32,217 nucleotides of DNA from Nemertoderma westbladi (Eukaryota; Animalia; Xenacoelomorpha), in assembly GCA_032718475.1 (NCBI GenBank), contig JAUCBJ010002567.1, forward strand, positions 1-32,217, given 5' to 3'. The translations under genes were made by a program, and so were the position numbers. Each line of letters begins with the position of its first letter. Positions within the stretch are counted from its first letter, which is position 1. The notes under the pieces were generated by a model. The model was not told where the DNA came from. It was given only the letters and a program-made list of their open reading frames with translations, and did not search any database. Positions 29,201 to 32,217 of this stretch are shown piece by piece.

Positions 29201-31624
29201 TTCATCAAATATACGTCTGGTTTCTGGAAGCATATATTTTGTTGTGTCATCCATTCCAAAAATACCTTTGTTAGTGATTTCTCTTATAACATTTTGCTTT
29301 TTCTTTTGTCTCTTTTGTAGCTTGTTGTCCGATTTTTGTGGGATTCCATTTCTTCCTCTGTATAAGCTCCAAGGTTCTGGTTTAGGTGTTTCTGGTTTCT
29401 CCTCCTTCGGGTTAGGAAGTGTAGATATTCGTTTAGCTCGTGGTTGAATTCCCATACTTTTGCTCCATTCAATGGATGCACACTCATGTCTTAATTCAGA
29501 AATTAGCTTCAAATTGTGTTTACATTCATCAAGTTCCATCTTTAAAGCTTGTAGATCCTCACTTACAAATGGAGGTGGACCCTGATAATTTGTATCAACA
29601 TTTTCGTTAAAGTAGTGATACCGACCACCAGTATCATTTGACAGTTTAAATAGAAAATCATTTGCTTCCCTGTCTGAACAGTTAAATGATATTGTATGTA
29701 TGGGAATGGGCGGATGCATTTTTACATGACCCAATACAGATTGAGGTGGTTGATCTGGTCGACCATCTGTAAGCATATATATGGCCTGAACATGCCTATC
29801 CTGCAGTGCAGTCTTCAATGCTCCCAATGTGTTTGTGGAACCTTCAACCTCTACATCCTTTATCCAACTCCAAGCATTGCGCAAATTCTGTTCACTTACA
29901 TCAACAAGATGCTGGTGCCAAGGATCGACATGACTTCCAAATTTGACAATGTTAAATTTAACTTTGTGTCGTATCTGCTCCTGCATCAATGAATATAGCT
30001 TCTCTTTAACCAATGGAAGTCTTGGTTCCATTGAGTTGGACACATCAATAAGTATATATATTTCGTCTTCAACAATTGTTCCAAATAACTGTCTGCTTCC
30101 CTTGCACAGCCATTCAATGCGTCTTTGTAATTTATCCATGCACACTTTCACTCTACTTTGGTAGCTTCTATATACTGGACTGGTAATATGAACATGACGT
30201 ATTGATCCATCTTTCCATTTCACATGTACAAACTTGTCACAATAGCGGGCATTAACAAGAATATTCCTCATAGATGCTTTTCGATTTTCATCTTCTTCAG
30301 CCTCTTCAGGTGGTGCCAATACATCAACCATTCCATCACAGTGTTTGAATGAAACATCACCCAAAAAATCCCAATAGCCAATCTTGTTTTTCTCCACTCC
30401 ATGCTTATGTATCCACTGCTCTGAGCTCATATATTCTTCACTTTTGGCTACCGGTTCCCAGACTGGTTTTTGATGTTCAGTTCGTACAACATTGACATTT
30501 GGATCTGGGAACTCTGATATGAGAGACTGAATCTCTGTCAGGGTATTTCGAGCTTCTTCTAATTCCTCCCAAAGACGAAATACATCACCACGGACACCTG
30601 CACCATCAGGAACTCCTCCAAAGTGTCTCACATCCCCTGTTAGTGGATGAACATCTGTTTCTGTAATTGCAAAAGCATGAAATCTCCCTCCACTTAATGA
30701 TGCAATATCCTTAAGGAACTCTATGGTTTCTGGCTTTGTACTGTTGTATGATACACAGTGAATTGGAATTGGTGAACCAGTTAGTTTTTGCCGGAATAAC
30801 TCGCGTGCACCAATTGTAGACTCACCTTCAGAAAACATATATACAGCTTCTATCTTGGGATCATCTCGAGCCGTTAGTATTGATTCCAAAAGGCCTGTTT
30901 TAGATGAGGTCTCCAACCGATCTATACCATGAATCCATTTTACAGCCTGTTCTATCGTTTCTTTGGAGACATCAACAACACCATTTTCACTGAATGAATG
31001 GATATCTTGACCTACACGTAACAAGTTGAATTTAGCAATTCGACTTACTTGTTCTCGGAGCACCATTTCCATAGCTTCCATGTAAAGATCAAAACGTGTT
31101 GTATCTAATGTTTTTATATCCAACATTATCACAACAGACTGTTCCTCAATGACTCCGAAAATTCTACGACTTTCTGAAGTCAACCAGTCCATTCTACTTT
31201 TATACAGCATTATGGCATATAGTAATTGTTGTTCTATAACTTTGAGTCTGTCTTTGCTGCAGGTTAAATTGTAGACGTCGCCATTGCGCTTGGGTATTTG
31301 GTGGAACAAACCATCCCCATATCGAGAACAAACGTCTTTACTTATGGGATTCACAAAATCAGAACTGTGTTTGAAGCCGAGCTCCGGGAGAAGGGAGTTG
31401 ATATTGAGTTTGTTTTTGCGAAGTCCGTGTTGGCCAATCCATATCGATGTCGACGCTAGTGTGGCGACATCTGGTTCCCATCGTATCTTCTCAAGCCGGT
31501 CGGTAGATGGAGCTAGGGGAACAGGTTCCTTGCAGGGTTCCGGGCTTAGAGGTTTGCTGCGAAGGTTCAAGTTATCTGACTTTGGTTCCAAATGATCTAT
31601 ATCAAATTTAACACCATCGGCCAT
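26237..31624 (-). CDS. VWA3B: von Willebrand factor A domain-containing protein 3B, 1795 aa, single coding exon
   Basis: N-terminus matches VWA3B as recalled (HGLRKNKL...SRYGDGLF...VYNLT...YKSRMDWLTSESRRIFGVI). Two VWA domains, the second with MIDAS DVSNS...STNT...LTDGRPD. Tudor-like DUF4537-type repeats (VLARNPDDGYYY, SRWHVDGWYYRG) flank a Ser-rich low-complexity linker. aaaATGG start context. Confidence 0.93.
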   Translation of the reverse strand: MADGVKFDIDHLEPKSDNLNLRSKPLSPEPCKEPVPLAPSTDRLEKIRWEPDVATLASTSIWIGQHGLRKNKLNINSLLPELGFKHSSDFVNPISKDVCSRYGDGLFHQIPKRNGDVYNLTCSKDRLKVIEQQLLYAIMLYKSRMDWLTSESRRIFGVIEEQSVVIMLDIKTLDTTRFDLYMEAMEMVLREQVSRIAKFNLLRVGQDIHSFSENGVVDVSKETIEQAVKWIHGIDRLETSSKTGLLESILTARDDPKIEAVYMFSEGESTIGARELFRQKLTGSPIPIHCVSYNSTKPETIEFLKDIASLSGGRFHAFAITETDVHPLTGDVRHFGGVPDGAGVRGDVFRLWEELEEARNTLTEIQSLISEFPDPNVNVVRTEHQKPVWEPVAKSEEYMSSEQWIHKHGVEKNKIGYWDFLGDVSFKHCDGMVDVLAPPEEAEEDENRKASMRNILVNARYCDKFVHVKWKDGSIRHVHITSPVYRSYQSRVKVCMDKLQRRIEWLCKGSRQLFGTIVEDEIYILIDVSNSMEPRLPLVKEKLYSLMQEQIRHKVKFNIVKFGSHVDPWHQHLVDVSEQNLRNAWSWIKDVEVEGSTNTLGALKTALQDRHVQAIYMLTDGRPDQPPQSVLGHVKMHPPIPIHTISFNCSDREANDFLFKLSNDTGGRYHYFNENVDTNYQGPPPFVSEDLQALKMELDECKHNLKLISELRHECASIEWSKSMGIQPRAKRISTLPNPKEEKPETPKPEPWSLYRGRNGIPQKSDNKLQKRQKKKQNVIREITNKGIFGMDDTTKYMLPETRRIFDEQLKAHDKTVETVTKKQIPRRKRRDASRYDLNMPTDKWLAKYGLVAQKLTVIDALEPSVVHHKAKYVPIIDKYVVSKVFDNILPLCHTSSANNHEIRLINPLGVDLEGYEDNLKFALEEFKERLNKIVWNALSEDEQENYRSELPIQFLENREALLDSLERLEWPVSEEDIIGLENEIKLGEKFLCQSGELRELVKQNRQKSKEAIQNRKLRDKDTPTRPRTAVTKGAKNRHSRLTLQNNVIGTHQQIYGINKGLSVLARNPDDGYYYTAHVMKADSPEYATVRFQYSPNSRKYYEDEFRAIATKHIIPNSGSIAAPQLQVGDFVLARDGGRSRKYEPCIVSKLPDPLQAPPKLYTVVTSKRKRLTPSRHDIMKIGKLRFSNTIKYIAKVDMLDDRPLNPVPWEKTTKSNRRKKQILTPNKKSDLSYSSYSESSYRSESRSRTTSLTKSSTKSQSYTTSRSRSHSPIVSISRPSTQSALSESPYYSPEPELEREQAHNEQLVEQQILHKDQYTKTLKIRTPTPDEEVMRSQQEQSFEETVRSPIEFYTTQTEDTITQTEVSPVEQFETPKQERDTSGEFTTALLSSHGQQWDDKQYHQDHELSSNSSYASTDSEDETKSTISRDEPHMPQQLQRKDTSGASSTAMKRSDDRELSLRKYQSMPDLHSRVRYLEGLMKFQQDIWLSVQDDLTEYGRKIQQENYTPIIPMHRKRMSVTEIDPRIKMGVVMPNSNQRATLVPGTEIISRWHVDGWYYRGAIVCETSTNDYLVWDKWGNKDEVNRRDILEIIEEDLTTQYLVALYPGDMMAERYAPAKLIELQTDLRAHVKFFDDSEALVHVDDCYPIQELKYKEDKDYIDDRSKALVGTAVLAKSEDGGCYQFGLVRERLATGHHYVIEWPQGIFETQEETHMFGTFKKFRPPNQGDYIMAQEVANSPDFLPGFTKAVAFGKLEVTFCTEEFRPDVDKRLAFVISETYHDEAISFLDKQYFK

Positions 31625-32118
31625 TTTGAAGCCTTGATTAGGTTATAATAGTAATAGTTTAGTTTATTGTTGCCATTGTATTTCAAATTTACAAATTATA
31701 ATTACAAATTACAAACGATAATTCAACACATAGATATGATATTATCAGTTTCTGAATTTTTTGTACTACCACAGTATGTTGGTTATGCGCAGTATGGGGT
31801 CTTGTTGGTTTTGGCAGTGTTGCTAAGAAACCAATTCTGGCTAATACATTGTACTGTAGTTATTTCATATTCTAAGCCAAATTATTGTTCGTTAGCACAG
31901 AACTTCGTAATTTAACCATTGGCATCTAATGGGCCACTTAACAAGTAAATGTTGTTTCAACTTTAACTTTGTCAGTAAATTCTCTACGATTTATTACACT
32001 AATGGCTGAGTAAGTTTAATTGTTTAGAAAATCACGACATTTTGGACAAAGATTTTATCCAGGCGACACTAACTGGGCCACATGTGAACTCCTTTCATTA
32101 ACAACCTGTTTGTATCCC

Positions 32119-32131
32119 GTTGCCCAGCAAC
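32119..32131. promoter_or_regulatory. RFX X-box candidate upstream of VWA3B
   Basis: GTTGCCCAGCAAC, about 500 bp 5' of the VWA3B ATG. Confidence 0.5.
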
Positions 32132-32217
32132 CATACAATCTATTAATTATGCTTCGTTTATCTTGTATTTAGGCCATCCAATGTCTGTATGATTCAGGCG
32201 GGAGGTTCAGTCTGAAT

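Noticed and set aside
90-31915. Short antisense or overlapping ORFs within the LINEs, F-box gene and VWA3B, and small intergenic ORFs (e.g. 90..281, 19000..19224, 24738..24947, 25218..25460, 31667..31915)
   Set aside because: No recognisable domains, many rely on non-ATG starts, and most are shadows of real coding frames.

Overview
This is AT-rich eukaryotic (animal, probably invertebrate) genomic DNA, not prokaryotic. Host genes: the last three coding exons of a proline dehydrogenase gene (PRODH family, + strand; 15156-15332, 21796-21982, 24627-24853), an intronless FBXL12-like F-box/LRR gene nested in the same orientation inside a PRODH intron (19127-20161), and a convergent, intronless 1795-aa VWA3B gene (- strand, 26237-31624). 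The first 15 kb is probably one large PRODH intron filled with mobile DNA. It holds a degenerate APE-RT LINE on the - strand (1-5403) split by an ISL2EU-like DNA transposon (1433-3271; AT target-site duplication, YqaJ exonuclease relic), and a young 5'-truncated LINE with intact ORF2 (7679-12353) inserted into an 18-bp minisatellite. There are also 88-bp and 29-bp tandem arrays. The most striking observation is two type III hammerhead ribozyme motifs on the - strand, directly upstream of the first LINE's ORF. One (4752-4805) is complete. The other (5357-5403) stops exactly at the predicted self-cleavage site, suggesting an APE-type LINE whose RNA 5' end is made by a hammerhead. All calls are from reading the sequence by eye; no database searches or folding programs were run.
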